Below are positions 56,148 through 64,000 of a DNA stretch of 64,000 nt, piece after piece. The notes beneath the pieces are model-generated. The model saw only the letters and a list, made by a program, of their open reading frames with translations. It had not been told where the DNA came from and ran no database searches. This stretch comes from Syntrophorhabdaceae bacterium (GTDB taxonomy: Bacteria > Desulfobacterota > Syntrophorhabdia > Syntrophorhabdales > Syntrophorhabdaceae), in the NCBI GenBank assembly GCA_028698615.1, contig JAQVWF010000003.1:58655-122654 (forward strand), read 5' to 3'. Position numbers and translations under genes: made by a program. Every line of letters begins with the position of its first letter. Position 1 is the first letter of the stretch.

Positions 56148-57317
56148 TTATGCGATCATTTCGAGGAACGCCTCGATCCTGGTCTTCACCCTTGCCAGGG
56201 ATGATGTGGAATACTCATCCTCCAGGTAGAGCACAGCCGCTCCTGCCGCTTCGATGTAGCTCTTGATAGCCGGTACCTCAAATCCGTAGGGGTCGCAATA
56301 CTTGTAGATGAAGAGAATGGCTCCGTCCACCTTGAATTCGTTTACGTATTTTTTCATGTGACCGAAACGTTCCTCAAGAATGCCCTCATAAGTATCCGCC
56401 GAACCAACGAATGTCGTCGGGATCTTCAGTTTTCTCAGGTAACGCTCCGCAATACCCTGGACCGGATCGGCGGTGGCGTCGACATCCTGCCAGTACATCT
56501 TGGCGCCGAGGGACAGGTCGTCCATCACCAGGTAGGCCCCTGTTGACTCAATGGCATCGATAACTGCGACATCGTCGATCTGGTCGCCTATGATCATAAT
56601 GCGTTTGGCCTTTGGGTTGGCTGCCGCTGGCTTGCGCTCTTTCACCTCTTTTGTCACGGCCTCGATGAGGGCGCTCGACTCTTCCACGGGAAGGCTCATG
56701 GCCGCCACGAGGACCTTCATCATCTCGGAGCCGGAAATGAGGGGAGGATTTGATTTCCTGAGATCGTAAAGCTCTCTCATGAGCTTTCTGTTATGATTGT
56801 GGGCCGTTACCGCTTTGGCGATGGCCTCGTCGGTGATCTTCGTGCCGGTGAATTGTTCCAGAGTCTTGATGAATATCCGCAGGATCTCTTTCATGAAGGC
56901 GATCGACGGGTCATCTGTCACGTGAGGAACATTGAGAAAATGCCAGTAGGGGAGCTTCAAGGCGTAGGCCCAGGTCTCGTTCGTGCGGTCGATGGAATCA
57001 CACTGATGCGGGAGGACCATTCCATCAAGGAAATCATACTTGCCCTTGACTGCGGCATCAAAAACGTTCCGTACAAAAGGGCACACGATCGTTTCCATGT
57101 ACGCGTCACCCTTGGAGATCGCTTCGGAGACATTCCCTTTGAGCCTGACCGGCACAACACCTGCCGCCGTCATTATCTCAATTGGGCCAAGGGCGGACAA
57201 ATATCCGATCACCTTCTTCCCTGAGGCTTTCAATTCTCTCGCTCTGGACCCGTACTGGGTATAGAGTTTTTCGGCGGCTGCTAAACCATTACCGTCTCGT
57301 ATATCTGTCATCTTCAC
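56148..57317 (-). CDS. benzoyl-CoA reductase/2-hydroxyacyl-CoA dehydratase family subunit (BcrC/BadD/BzdN-like)
   Basis: 389 aa, HGD-D family appearance (IVCPFVRN, LPHQCDS, YKYCDPYGFE). Confidence 0.8.
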   Translation of the reverse strand: MKMTDIRDGNGLAAAEKLYTQYGSRARELKASGKKVIGYLSALGPIEIMTAAGVVPVRLKGNVSEAISKGDAYMETIVCPFVRNVFDAAVKGKYDFLDGMVLPHQCDSIDRTNETWAYALKLPYWHFLNVPHVTDDPSIAFMKEILRIFIKTLEQFTGTKITDEAIAKAVTAHNHNRKLMRELYDLRKSNPPLISGSEMMKVLVAAMSLPVEESSALIEAVTKEVKERKPAAANPKAKRIMIIGDQIDDVAVIDAIESTGAYLVMDDLSLGAKMYWQDVDATADPVQGIAERYLRKLKIPTTFVGSADTYEGILEERFGHMKKYVNEFKVDGAILFIYKYCDPYGFEVPAIKSYIEAAGAAVLYLEDEYSTSSLARVKTRIEAFLEMIA

Positions 57318-57411
57318 TCCTTATTCACCCCGGCCTTGCATGCCGATGCGGGGTCTAGTGTGTATGGGATTGCCAAGCGAGGCTTACGTGTGGGGCCAAT
57401 CTTGGCACACA

Positions 57412-57440
57412 ATTCTAACGGAACGGATTGCCTTTGTCAA
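57412..57440 (-). promoter_or_regulatory. sigma70-type promoter TTGACA-17-TAGAAT for the BCR-like operon
   Basis: On the minus strand: -35 TTGACA (57440-57435), 17-nt spacer, -10 TAGAAT (57417-57412). About 95 nt upstream of ATG 57317. Confidence 0.5.
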
Positions 57441-57447
57441 TGAGTTA

Positions 57448-57463
57448 TGTGAAGCTTTTCACA
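57448..57463. promoter_or_regulatory. perfect CRP/FNR-superfamily-type palindrome TGTGA-N6-TCACA
   Basis: TGTGAAGCTTTTCACA, 7 nt upstream of the -35 hexamer. Confidence 0.45.
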
Positions 57464-57466
57464 CAA

Positions 57467-57781
57467 TCAGGCGCAAGGCACACTGTGCTGGAAAACATCA
57501 CTACCCTCCCGGACGACTTTGATGATGACCTTCTTCTTTCTGTCCACATCGAAATCAATCACGTGCTTGTCGTGTGGCATGCAGCCGAAGATCTCCACGA
57601 TGCTTTTTTCCTGGATGCCAAGACAGGACTCCGGCTGAACCATCGGTGTTCCTCTCCTGACATCGAGTTTTATCACCCGCTTATAATCCACGGGGATACA
57701 GCCAAAGACCTCGATCAACGTCTTTTCCAGCTCTCTAAATTTCAGGTTAGTGACTGTTTGAAGCGACCACGCCCTTGCCAT
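57467..57781 (-). CDS. hypothetical 104-aa protein with internal tandem duplication
   Basis: ATG 57781 is preceded by CAGGAGG. Two ~35-aa repeats: LEKTLIEVFGCIPVDYKRVIKLDV and QEKSIVEIFGCMPHDKHVIDFDV. The longer ORF-track version (to 58042) has a non-protein-like N-terminus. Confidence 0.6.
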   Translation of the reverse strand: MARAWSLQTVTNLKFRELEKTLIEVFGCIPVDYKRVIKLDVRRGTPMVQPESCLGIQEKSIVEIFGCMPHDKHVIDFDVDRKKKVIIKVVREGSDVFQHSVPCA

Positions 57782-57903
57782 GACATCCTCCTGCCCGCTC
57801 GAAACGCATTGCCAAACATGCCGATAAGATACCTTCCTCAATTTCCGGTCCTGCTGCCTGTTATGACCCAAACAGCTATAACCGGTACCTGATTGTATTA
57901 TGA

Positions 57904-57919
57904 AGCAAAGGATGTGCCA
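57904..57919 (-). promoter_or_regulatory. sigma54-type -24/-12 promoter TGGCACATCCTTTGCT
   Basis: Minus strand TGGCAC-N5-TTGC (GG-N10-GC). About 120 nt upstream of ATG 57781. Confidence 0.55.
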
Positions 57920-57975
57920 GAGGTGATTCCTCAATAGTCTTCCAATCTTACGGCAATCAGGGGTACCGTATCCTA

Positions 57976-58040
57976 TCGCATATGACAGAATCATACTGAC
58001 GCATATGTCAGCCATATTCATTTCTGCGATATATGTCAGC
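57976..58040. promoter_or_regulatory. three GC(G)ATATG(A/T)CAG repeats, a candidate enhancer (UAS)
   Basis: TCGCATATGACAG (57976-57988), CTGACGCATATGTCAG (57996-58011) and TGCGATATATGTCAGC (58025-58040). They lie 55-135 bp upstream of the sigma54-type promoter. Confidence 0.4.
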
Positions 58041-58128
58041 ATCTTTGTGACATGAGAAATAACCCATGATTATCGTCCCTAACCCTTGGTGCGCATCGCT
58101 CAGAGGGATCTATGGTTAGATCGATCTG

Positions 58129-58157
58129 TTGAAAAATAGCCATCGGTACACTATAAT
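58129..58157 (+). promoter_or_regulatory. sigma70-type promoter TTGAAA-17-TATAAT for the FAD oxidoreductase gene
   Basis: -35 at 58129-58134 and -10 at 58152-58157. The GATC-rich palindromes GATCTA-N4-TAGATC and AGATCGATCT (58107-58127) abut the -35. Confidence 0.5.
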
Positions 58158-58209
58158 CGTTGCATAGAAAAGGGATATTTTCGGGTTGATGCGGGAATAA
58201 TAATTCACT

Positions 58210-59319
58210 ATGGATCAATATGACTGTGTAATCGTTGGCGCCGGACCGGCCGGTGCGACCTTCGCCCGCAGAAGCGCGCTCAAGGGGCGCAAGACCCTCC
58301 TGATCGAAAAGGAGTCGTTGCCCCGGAAGAAGGTCTGCGGTGGCGCTGTTACTCCGGCAATACGGGACCTTTTCGATTTCGATCATCATGGGACGGTTGA
58401 GCGGGTCGTCAGGGGGATCGCTTTCGTTTCCCGCGATGAGACCGAAGACTGCTCCTATTATTGCGACAACATGGCAGTCGAGATGGTGAGCCGAAGAGAC
58501 TTCGACCATTATCTGGTCAGAAAGGCCGTCGATGCGGGGGCGGTCCTTGCCGAAAAAACCAGGGTCATCTCCGTAAAGGAATCCGCCGGATACGTGACGG
58601 TCGTTACCGATAAGGGCGATGCGATCGCTGCCCCCATCCTAATCGGGGCTGACGGCGCGCGAAGCATCGTTGCCGGGAGCTCCGGCCTGGGAAAAGGTCA
58701 CGGCGGCATTGCCCTGGAAGCCGAGGTCTATCCCCGGAACAAGGATGTTCTTGATGAGCACGGCAGCCACGCGGTCTTCGGCTTCGGGTTCATACCGAAG
58801 GGATACGGCTGGGTCTTCCCCAAAAAGGATCACTTTTCCGTGGGCATAGGCACAGTTCGGGAGCACATGCCCGGATTGATCTCTCTCTACCGCCAGTTCA
58901 AGGCACGGTTCGATTTCCTCACAGACGCCGTCGAGAGCGACAGAAGAGGTTGGTTCATACCCTTCTGCAATAGCTCGGGATCGATGAACACGCACAGGAT
59001 ATGCCTGGTAGGGGACTCTGCCCATCTTGTAGACCCCTTCAGCGGAGAAGGGATCTACTATGCGGTGCTGAGCGCTGCCATCGCCGCGGAAACCGTGTTC
59101 GAAGAGCTTGAAAAACAGGGCCGGTTATCCCAGCGGTACACAAAAGAAATAGCAAAGCGCATAACAAAGGACTTTGGCCATGCAAGACGGTATCTCGATA
59201 TCTTTCATACATCACCATCATTCTTTTACAAAAAGGAAAAGGTCATCCGCGCCCTTACCCGGCTTTCCAATAAGGAGATAAAATACGGGGACATCTTCAA
59301 GGAACTGCGCAGAAAGTGA
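58210..59319 (+). CDS. geranylgeranyl reductase family FAD-dependent oxidoreductase
   Basis: YDCVIVGAGPAGATFA dinucleotide fold and GDSAHLVDPFSGEGI. Confidence 0.8.
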   Translation: MDQYDCVIVGAGPAGATFARRSALKGRKTLLIEKESLPRKKVCGGAVTPAIRDLFDFDHHGTVERVVRGIAFVSRDETEDCSYYCDNMAVEMVSRRDFDHYLVRKAVDAGAVLAEKTRVISVKESAGYVTVVTDKGDAIAAPILIGADGARSIVAGSSGLGKGHGGIALEAEVYPRNKDVLDEHGSHAVFGFGFIPKGYGWVFPKKDHFSVGIGTVREHMPGLISLYRQFKARFDFLTDAVESDRRGWFIPFCNSSGSMNTHRICLVGDSAHLVDPFSGEGIYYAVLSAAIAAETVFEELEKQGRLSQRYTKEIAKRITKDFGHARRYLDIFHTSPSFFYKKEKVIRALTRLSNKEIKYGDIFKELRRK

Positions 59320-59349
59320 AGAGTAGGGAATCGACGTTCCGTCAGTTCT

Positions 59350-61485
59350 TCACTTCTCGCTCTTCGCTGGAAATAATACCCTGATGGTTGTTCCCTTATT
59401 CGGGGTGCTGTCTATGAAAATAGCACCGCCGTGGGAGCGAACAATCCCAAGTATGGCCGGCAGGCCAAGACCTCTGCCCAGGAATCTCGTTGAATAGAAG
59501 GGTTCAAAAAGATGCTTTCGCGTCGCTTCATCGATGCCGCAGCCCGTGTCGGCCACCTCGAGAAAAACGAACCTCCCCGGAGCGGCCTGGCTGTCTTCAA
59601 TCGCATTTCCTTTCAGGCGTCCGTTATCGCAATCCTCTACGCCGGTGCTGACGATGATGGACCCTTTCTTCGGCCCTATGGCCTCGAAGGCATTTGTGAT
59701 CAGATTGATGGCAACCTGCTGGACCTGATTCACGTCGGCATTGATGCTCGGCAGATGCATGGCGCCGTTGAGATGCACCTCAACGTTGCCCTCGATGGAT
59801 GCCCTGCACAGGGCGAGGCTTGTCTGCGCTACCGTGTTAAGGTCGACTTTCTTCTTCGCGGAAATAACGGACTTGCCTGCATACGCCAGCATCCTCGACG
59901 TGAGATCGCCCGCTTTTTTCGACGCATCGAGGGCCCCGTCGATATAGGAGATCGTGACAGGCGATCCTTTCTTTAGCTCTATCAATACGATCTCAAGACT
60001 CGCCTGGATGACGGTGAGGATGTTGTTGAACTCATGGGCCAACCCACCCGCAAGCACCCCAAGGCTCTCAAGCTTCTGTGAGTGAAGGATCCTTTTCTCC
60101 ATTTCCAATCGTTCCTTTTCGGCCGCCCGCTGATCGCTGATATCGCGGATCGATGCCTGAAGTACCTCCTTTCCCTGGTAGGTCATCCTGGAGAGCAGAA
60201 CGGCAGAGGGAAATTCCGTGCCGTCCACTTTTTTGTGGATCCATTCAAAAGCGTGGGAGCCTTTGTCGAATGCAATCTCCATCATTTCCCTCGCCTTAAC
60301 GGAGGACAAAGACCCATCGGGCTGGTATTCCGGTGAGCCATTTTCGACGGTACGCTTAAGGAACTCATCCTTCCCGGAAAAACCAAAGAGCTTCGCCGCT
60401 GCAGCGTTCAGATCGATGGGGGTCCGGTCGCGCGACAGAATGATGATGGAATCCACGGATGAATCAAAAAGCGCCCTGTAGCGTTCCTCGCTTTTCCTGA
60501 GAGACTCTTCGGCCTCTTTTCTCTTCGTCTCTTCCGACAGTATCTTCCATGCCCTTGCACCAAAATAGGATGAAGGAATACTGAAGAGAATAAGGATGCC
60601 GAAAATGATCAGGAGGTTTGACCTGAACTCGCTCAGGGCACCTACCACTTCGCTGTCAGGCGTAGCGATCACGATAGACCAGAAGGTGTTTACCAGGTTG
60701 ATCGGCACATATACGGCATGTTTCACCTCCGATGCCGTCTTTCTTCCCCGGACCATATCGTATTCATAGGTGGTGATCCCCTTTTTCCCCTCCATCATCT
60801 CCCGCGCCATGGACAGGATGGAGGGGAAATCCTTGCAATTCTCAAATACCGATCTGCCGTTGTGTCCCGGAACGGGGCAGAACAGTTCTATGCCTTCCTT
60901 GCTGATAAGCCAGGCATAACCATCCCGACCGATCCGTATGTTCTCCAGGTATTCTCTGGCGATATGCTCAAAGCGGATGAGAAAACCCAGTGTGCCCTTG
61001 AATGTCTCTCCATCGAAGACGGGCACGTGGAGCGCGATCGTCCTGAACCCCTGTACGGCAGTGAACACGTCGCTCATGACGGGTTTGTGCGTCTTCAGTA
61101 TCTCCCTCATATGAGGCTGGAACGAAATATCCCGGCCTATGCTCTTTGCATCATAGGGAAATGTGTAGACAATACGCCCTTTCTCGTCGACCCTGGTCAC
61201 GCCGGCGACATTCTCGGAAAAGGCATTATAGATGATCTCCATGCTCGCCCTGCCTTCGTGGTTCAGGTTTACGACGTGCCTCTGCGCCGCATTCCTGACA
61301 AGGCTGTCCCTATGGAACCGGAAGAACCCCTCGATGCCTTTTTTCGTTTGCAGGGCAATGATGAGCTGCTGATCGTTCAGATTATTGATGGCATCTTTCC
61401 TGGCCCTGTTATAGAAAAGGCCGAAAAGCGCCGCGCACACGACGAGGACAGATAAAAAAAGAACAAGCCAGTATCTGTATTTCAC
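59350..61485 (-). CDS. sensor histidine kinase (Cache-like periplasmic domain, PAS, HisKA, HATPase)
   Basis: Two TM segments flank a Cache-like domain. PAS region, H-box HEFNNILTVI, N-box NLITNAFEA, G-boxes DTGCGI and GLGLP. GTG start. No response regulator is adjacent. Confidence 0.85.
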   Translation of the reverse strand: MKYRYWLVLFLSVLVVCAALFGLFYNRARKDAINNLNDQQLIIALQTKKGIEGFFRFHRDSLVRNAAQRHVVNLNHEGRASMEIIYNAFSENVAGVTRVDEKGRIVYTFPYDAKSIGRDISFQPHMREILKTHKPVMSDVFTAVQGFRTIALHVPVFDGETFKGTLGFLIRFEHIAREYLENIRIGRDGYAWLISKEGIELFCPVPGHNGRSVFENCKDFPSILSMAREMMEGKKGITTYEYDMVRGRKTASEVKHAVYVPINLVNTFWSIVIATPDSEVVGALSEFRSNLLIIFGILILFSIPSSYFGARAWKILSEETKRKEAEESLRKSEERYRALFDSSVDSIIILSRDRTPIDLNAAAAKLFGFSGKDEFLKRTVENGSPEYQPDGSLSSVKAREMMEIAFDKGSHAFEWIHKKVDGTEFPSAVLLSRMTYQGKEVLQASIRDISDQRAAEKERLEMEKRILHSQKLESLGVLAGGLAHEFNNILTVIQASLEIVLIELKKGSPVTISYIDGALDASKKAGDLTSRMLAYAGKSVISAKKKVDLNTVAQTSLALCRASIEGNVEVHLNGAMHLPSINADVNQVQQVAINLITNAFEAIGPKKGSIIVSTGVEDCDNGRLKGNAIEDSQAAPGRFVFLEVADTGCGIDEATRKHLFEPFYSTRFLGRGLGLPAILGIVRSHGGAIFIDSTPNKGTTIRVLFPAKSEK

Positions 61486-61816
61486 CCTGAATCCTATGAG
61501 CCTATGACCCCATAAATGTGACTAAATGCATAGGATATTGATAAATAATAGAAAAAGTCTCCCTATCCGTCAAGCTTTACCTGAGGTTTCTCCTTTTGCT
61601 TTTCCTCGGACGCTGTCCGACGGACAGCTAGAGGCCGCATCGTTTTGGGGTTGTATTATGGCAAGGAATGGGTAATCGGCCTGCTGACAGCGATGGTGAT
61701 GATGAAAACAATGATGGGGTCGATCATCTCGACCCCATGCACATGTAATCATTTCTTTGAACCGGGTCCAGGAAAAGACCGTGGACCCGGGTGTTCTCTT
61801 TGTTAGCCCGGGGTGA

Positions 61817-62053
61817 TCAAGCCTCGGCGGCTCCGCCTTTTTCCCTGGCCTTTTTCATCGCCTCTTTCAGGAGATCTACAAGACTTCCCACCTGATCGGG
61901 GCTGATGGTGACACCGTCTGGCGTCGCCATGAGTTCGCCATCGCTCAGGACTTTATAGATCCTGCAGTCGATGGACCTCGTACCTTTGAACTTATCGAGA
62001 ATTTCTACCACAAGGCGTTCACGAACCCCCGTGGAAAGTTTTCCTACCAGCAT
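61817..62053 (-). CDS. hypothetical small protein, possibly PC4/YdbC-like ssDNA-binding fold
   Basis: 78 aa. The pattern ERLVVEILDKFKGTRSIDCRIYKV...TPDGVTISPDQVGSLVDLL resembles PC4-like proteins (from memory, weak). Lies 14 nt downstream of the DEAD-box gene. Confidence 0.5.
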   Translation of the reverse strand: MLVGKLSTGVRERLVVEILDKFKGTRSIDCRIYKVLSDGELMATPDGVTISPDQVGSLVDLLKEAMKKAREKGGAAEA

Positions 62054-62066
62054 GAGCCTCCCCCTT

Positions 62067-63278
62067 TCAGGACCTTTTGAAATGTCCCCTGTGTGACGGC
62101 TTGAATGTGGTCCGTCGCTTGTTGAACACCTTTACCGCTATAGTGAATTCATCCTCCGGGGAGAGCGGGGCGTGGCGTTTTATCTCTGTCTTCGCGTAGG
62201 TCTGTATGTCTCTGAGTTTCCCCATCTCTGTGGGCAGCACAAGGGTGAAGGCGTGTCCCGTCTTTCCCATCCGCGCTGTCCTGCCTATCCTGTGAACGTA
62301 ATACTCGTCGTCGCGGGGAACATCGTAATTGATGACCGCCTCGACATCTCTGACGTCAATGCCGCGGGCCGCTACATCTGTAGCCACGAGCATCGTCGAA
62401 TGTCCCTTGCGGAATTTCGCCATTACACGATCGCGCTGTGACTGCGCCATGTCGCCATGAATACTTTCCGTATCGTAACCCATGGCCTTAAGGTCCCGGG
62501 CCACCTGGTCAACACACCTTTTCGTATTGCAGAAAACAAGTGACGAGGAAAAATGATAGGTATCGACAACCTTCCGCAGGAGGTTCATCTTCTTTCCAGG
62601 CCTTACCTCGATATAGCTCTGCTCTACCTCCGCCACCGTCAATTCTTCACCGACAACCTTTACGACGGAAGGGTTCTTCTGGTATTTGGCGGCGAGTCTC
62701 CGGATGCTTTCCGGCATGGTAGCGGAAAAGAGAAGTGTCTGCCGGCTTGGGGATGTCGCGTCAAGGATGGTCTCGATGTCTTCGAGAAAACCCATGTTGA
62801 GCATCTCGTCGGCCTCGTCGAGAACAACCCTTGCGACCGTTCCCAGCTTGATCGTCCTTCGCCTCATGTGGTCTATCATCCTGCCCGGCGTCCCCACGAC
62901 GATATGAACTCCCTTTTTCAGGCTTGCGATTTGAGGACCGATGGATTGTCCGCCGTAAACGGGGATGATGATGATGTCCTTTCTGTACCGTGCCAGCTTT
63001 CTCAATTCGCCCGCGACCTGTATCGCAAGTTCACGGGTCGGGCAAAGAACGAGGGCGTCGGTCTGTCTTCTCTTCGCGTCGAGAAGCTCGATGAGGGGAA
63101 TGCCGAAGGCGGCCGTCTTCCCCGTGCCAGTCTGTGCCTGGCCGATAATGTCCATACCTTCAAGGACAAGGGGTATCGATTGTTCCTGGATCGGGCTCAA
63201 CTCATCGAACCCCATATTGTCCAAAGCTTTTTGCACCATTTTGGACAGATGTAGCTTTTCGAATCTCTTTTCTTGCAT
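62067..63278 (-). CDS. DEAD-box ATP-dependent RNA helicase
   Basis: Q motif (FDELSPIQ), AQTGTGKT, DEAD, SAT and HRIGRTAR. Start moved to ATG 63278 after GGAGAG. Confidence 0.92.
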   Translation of the reverse strand: MQEKRFEKLHLSKMVQKALDNMGFDELSPIQEQSIPLVLEGMDIIGQAQTGTGKTAAFGIPLIELLDAKRRQTDALVLCPTRELAIQVAGELRKLARYRKDIIIIPVYGGQSIGPQIASLKKGVHIVVGTPGRMIDHMRRRTIKLGTVARVVLDEADEMLNMGFLEDIETILDATSPSRQTLLFSATMPESIRRLAAKYQKNPSVVKVVGEELTVAEVEQSYIEVRPGKKMNLLRKVVDTYHFSSSLVFCNTKRCVDQVARDLKAMGYDTESIHGDMAQSQRDRVMAKFRKGHSTMLVATDVAARGIDVRDVEAVINYDVPRDDEYYVHRIGRTARMGKTGHAFTLVLPTEMGKLRDIQTYAKTEIKRHAPLSPEDEFTIAVKVFNKRRTTFKPSHRGHFKRS

Positions 63279-63472
63279 GTACTCTCCATAAAATAATGAT
63301 ATCGTGCCGCTTTTGCCCGCCCGGCATTCAACCATTCTTTTCTGGCTTGTTAGATCATGGTAGAGCTGAGAGGATTAAGTAGCCGTACGCATATTACCAC
63401 AAAAACATTGAAAAAAATAGCTAAAAGATGGGGTGATGGGCCATGGTCTTCCCCAATACTCATGACCTACCC

Positions 63473-64000
63473 CTACTCCTTCCCGAATCTTTTGTACAGC
63501 TCCTCCGCCAGGGCGGCAAAGGCGTCCCCGGCCTTCTGGCCGCCGATATTGGTCATCAGGACCATGGCAAAATCATCCTTCGGCTGAAGGAAGATGTGGG
63601 CGAGGTTCATTCCGTTCGATCCGGCGTGATAAATGAAAGGGTCCTTTGCCCAGCCGAATCTCGCCTCACCCCAGCCAAGGGCATAACGGCCATGGGAAGG
63701 AGTGCCCGGCGGGGCGTCCTTCACGGCCGGAATGTCTATGACGGGCGTCCTCAGCCTTGCCAGGGTCTCGGGACGGACGATCTGCGGGCCCCGTTTTCCG
63801 GCTCCCGCATTCCATGCAGCCCACCTGGCAAAGTCCTGCACCGACATGTGCACGGTGCCTGCCGGCCCCATCACCAGAGGGTTGTCCGAGAAAACGCCCG
63901 ACAGCATCGGCTTTATCTTGCCGTCCACGATAAGGTGCGGAAGCGGCGCATCCGTCCTTCCCGGGGTGGACTGCGTGCCAAACCCCGCCGAGCGAAGTCT
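63473..64000 (-). CDS. serine hydrolase (beta-lactamase/transpeptidase-like), C-terminal part; N-terminus off-window
   Basis: The frame remains open upstream of the ORF-track GTG (63928) to position 64000. C-terminal GWGE...YHAGSNG...LMTN is typical of class C beta-lactamase-like hydrolases. Confidence 0.7.
   Translation of the reverse strand, partial: RLRSAGFGTQSTPGRTDAPLPHLIVDGKIKPMLSGVFSDNPLVMGPAGTVHMSVQDFARWAAWNAGAGKRGPQIVRPETLARLRTPVIDIPAVKDAPPGTPSHGRYALGWGEARFGWAKDPFIYHAGSNGMNLAHIFLQPKDDFAMVLMTNIGGQKAGDAFAALAEELYKRFGKE

Noticed and set aside
57782-58509. Long version of ORF 57467-58042 and ORF 58036-58509 (minus strand)
   Set aside because: The upstream part is not protein-like, and a strong RBS precedes the internal ATG 57781. 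ORF 58036-58509 is antisense to the FAD oxidoreductase gene. The region 57782-58209 is better explained as regulatory DNA.
61570-61752. 60-aa minus-strand ORF (His/Cys-rich) upstream of the histidine kinase
   Set aside because: It has no RBS and spans the terminator hairpins. Its composition looks accidental.

Overview
Gene-dense chromosomal window from a diderm, apparently strictly anaerobic bacterium. LptD, LpxH and a PpiD-like chaperone indicate an outer membrane. Acetogen-type MetV-MetF and a class-I benzoyl-CoA-reductase-like cluster point to anaerobic metabolism. The content is reminiscent of syntrophic or sulfate-reducer-type Deltaproteobacteria/Desulfobacterota, but taxonomy cannot be proven from this sequence. 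I saw no rRNA, tRNA, CRISPR array, transposase or integrase.

About 45 kb is core housekeeping:
- NfeD/SPFH pair and ilvE
- lpxH, rmlDBCA, lptD, folC, accD
- ileS-lspA
- rlmE, rsmA, tsaD
- mreBCD-mrdA-rodA
- ruvX-mltG

The less ordinary parts are:
1. A radical SAM/SPASM maturase-like gene cut by the left edge. It is not in the ORF track. A tightly coupled 19-codon ORF lies upstream of it.
2. A lexA <> imuB-orf83-dnaE2 SOS mutagenesis cassette with no imuA. It has GAAC-N4-GTTC-type operators and an unassigned 83-aa protein.
3. A four-gene class-I BCR/Bzd-like cluster with no pathway partners in the window. Upstream are a sigma70 promoter with a perfect TGTGA-N6-TCACA site and, further up, a sigma54-type promoter with three repeats. 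The sigma54-type promoter precedes a 104-aa internally duplicated protein of unknown family.
4. A dispersed family of 7-nt-period repeats (GGTTTCA/TGAAACC, TTGGTCA and related). They sit at gene junctions, abut or supply stop codons, and sometimes form long hairpins.

I found no clearly novel multi-gene system such as a defence island. All functional calls rest on motif and family recognition by eye and need database confirmation.
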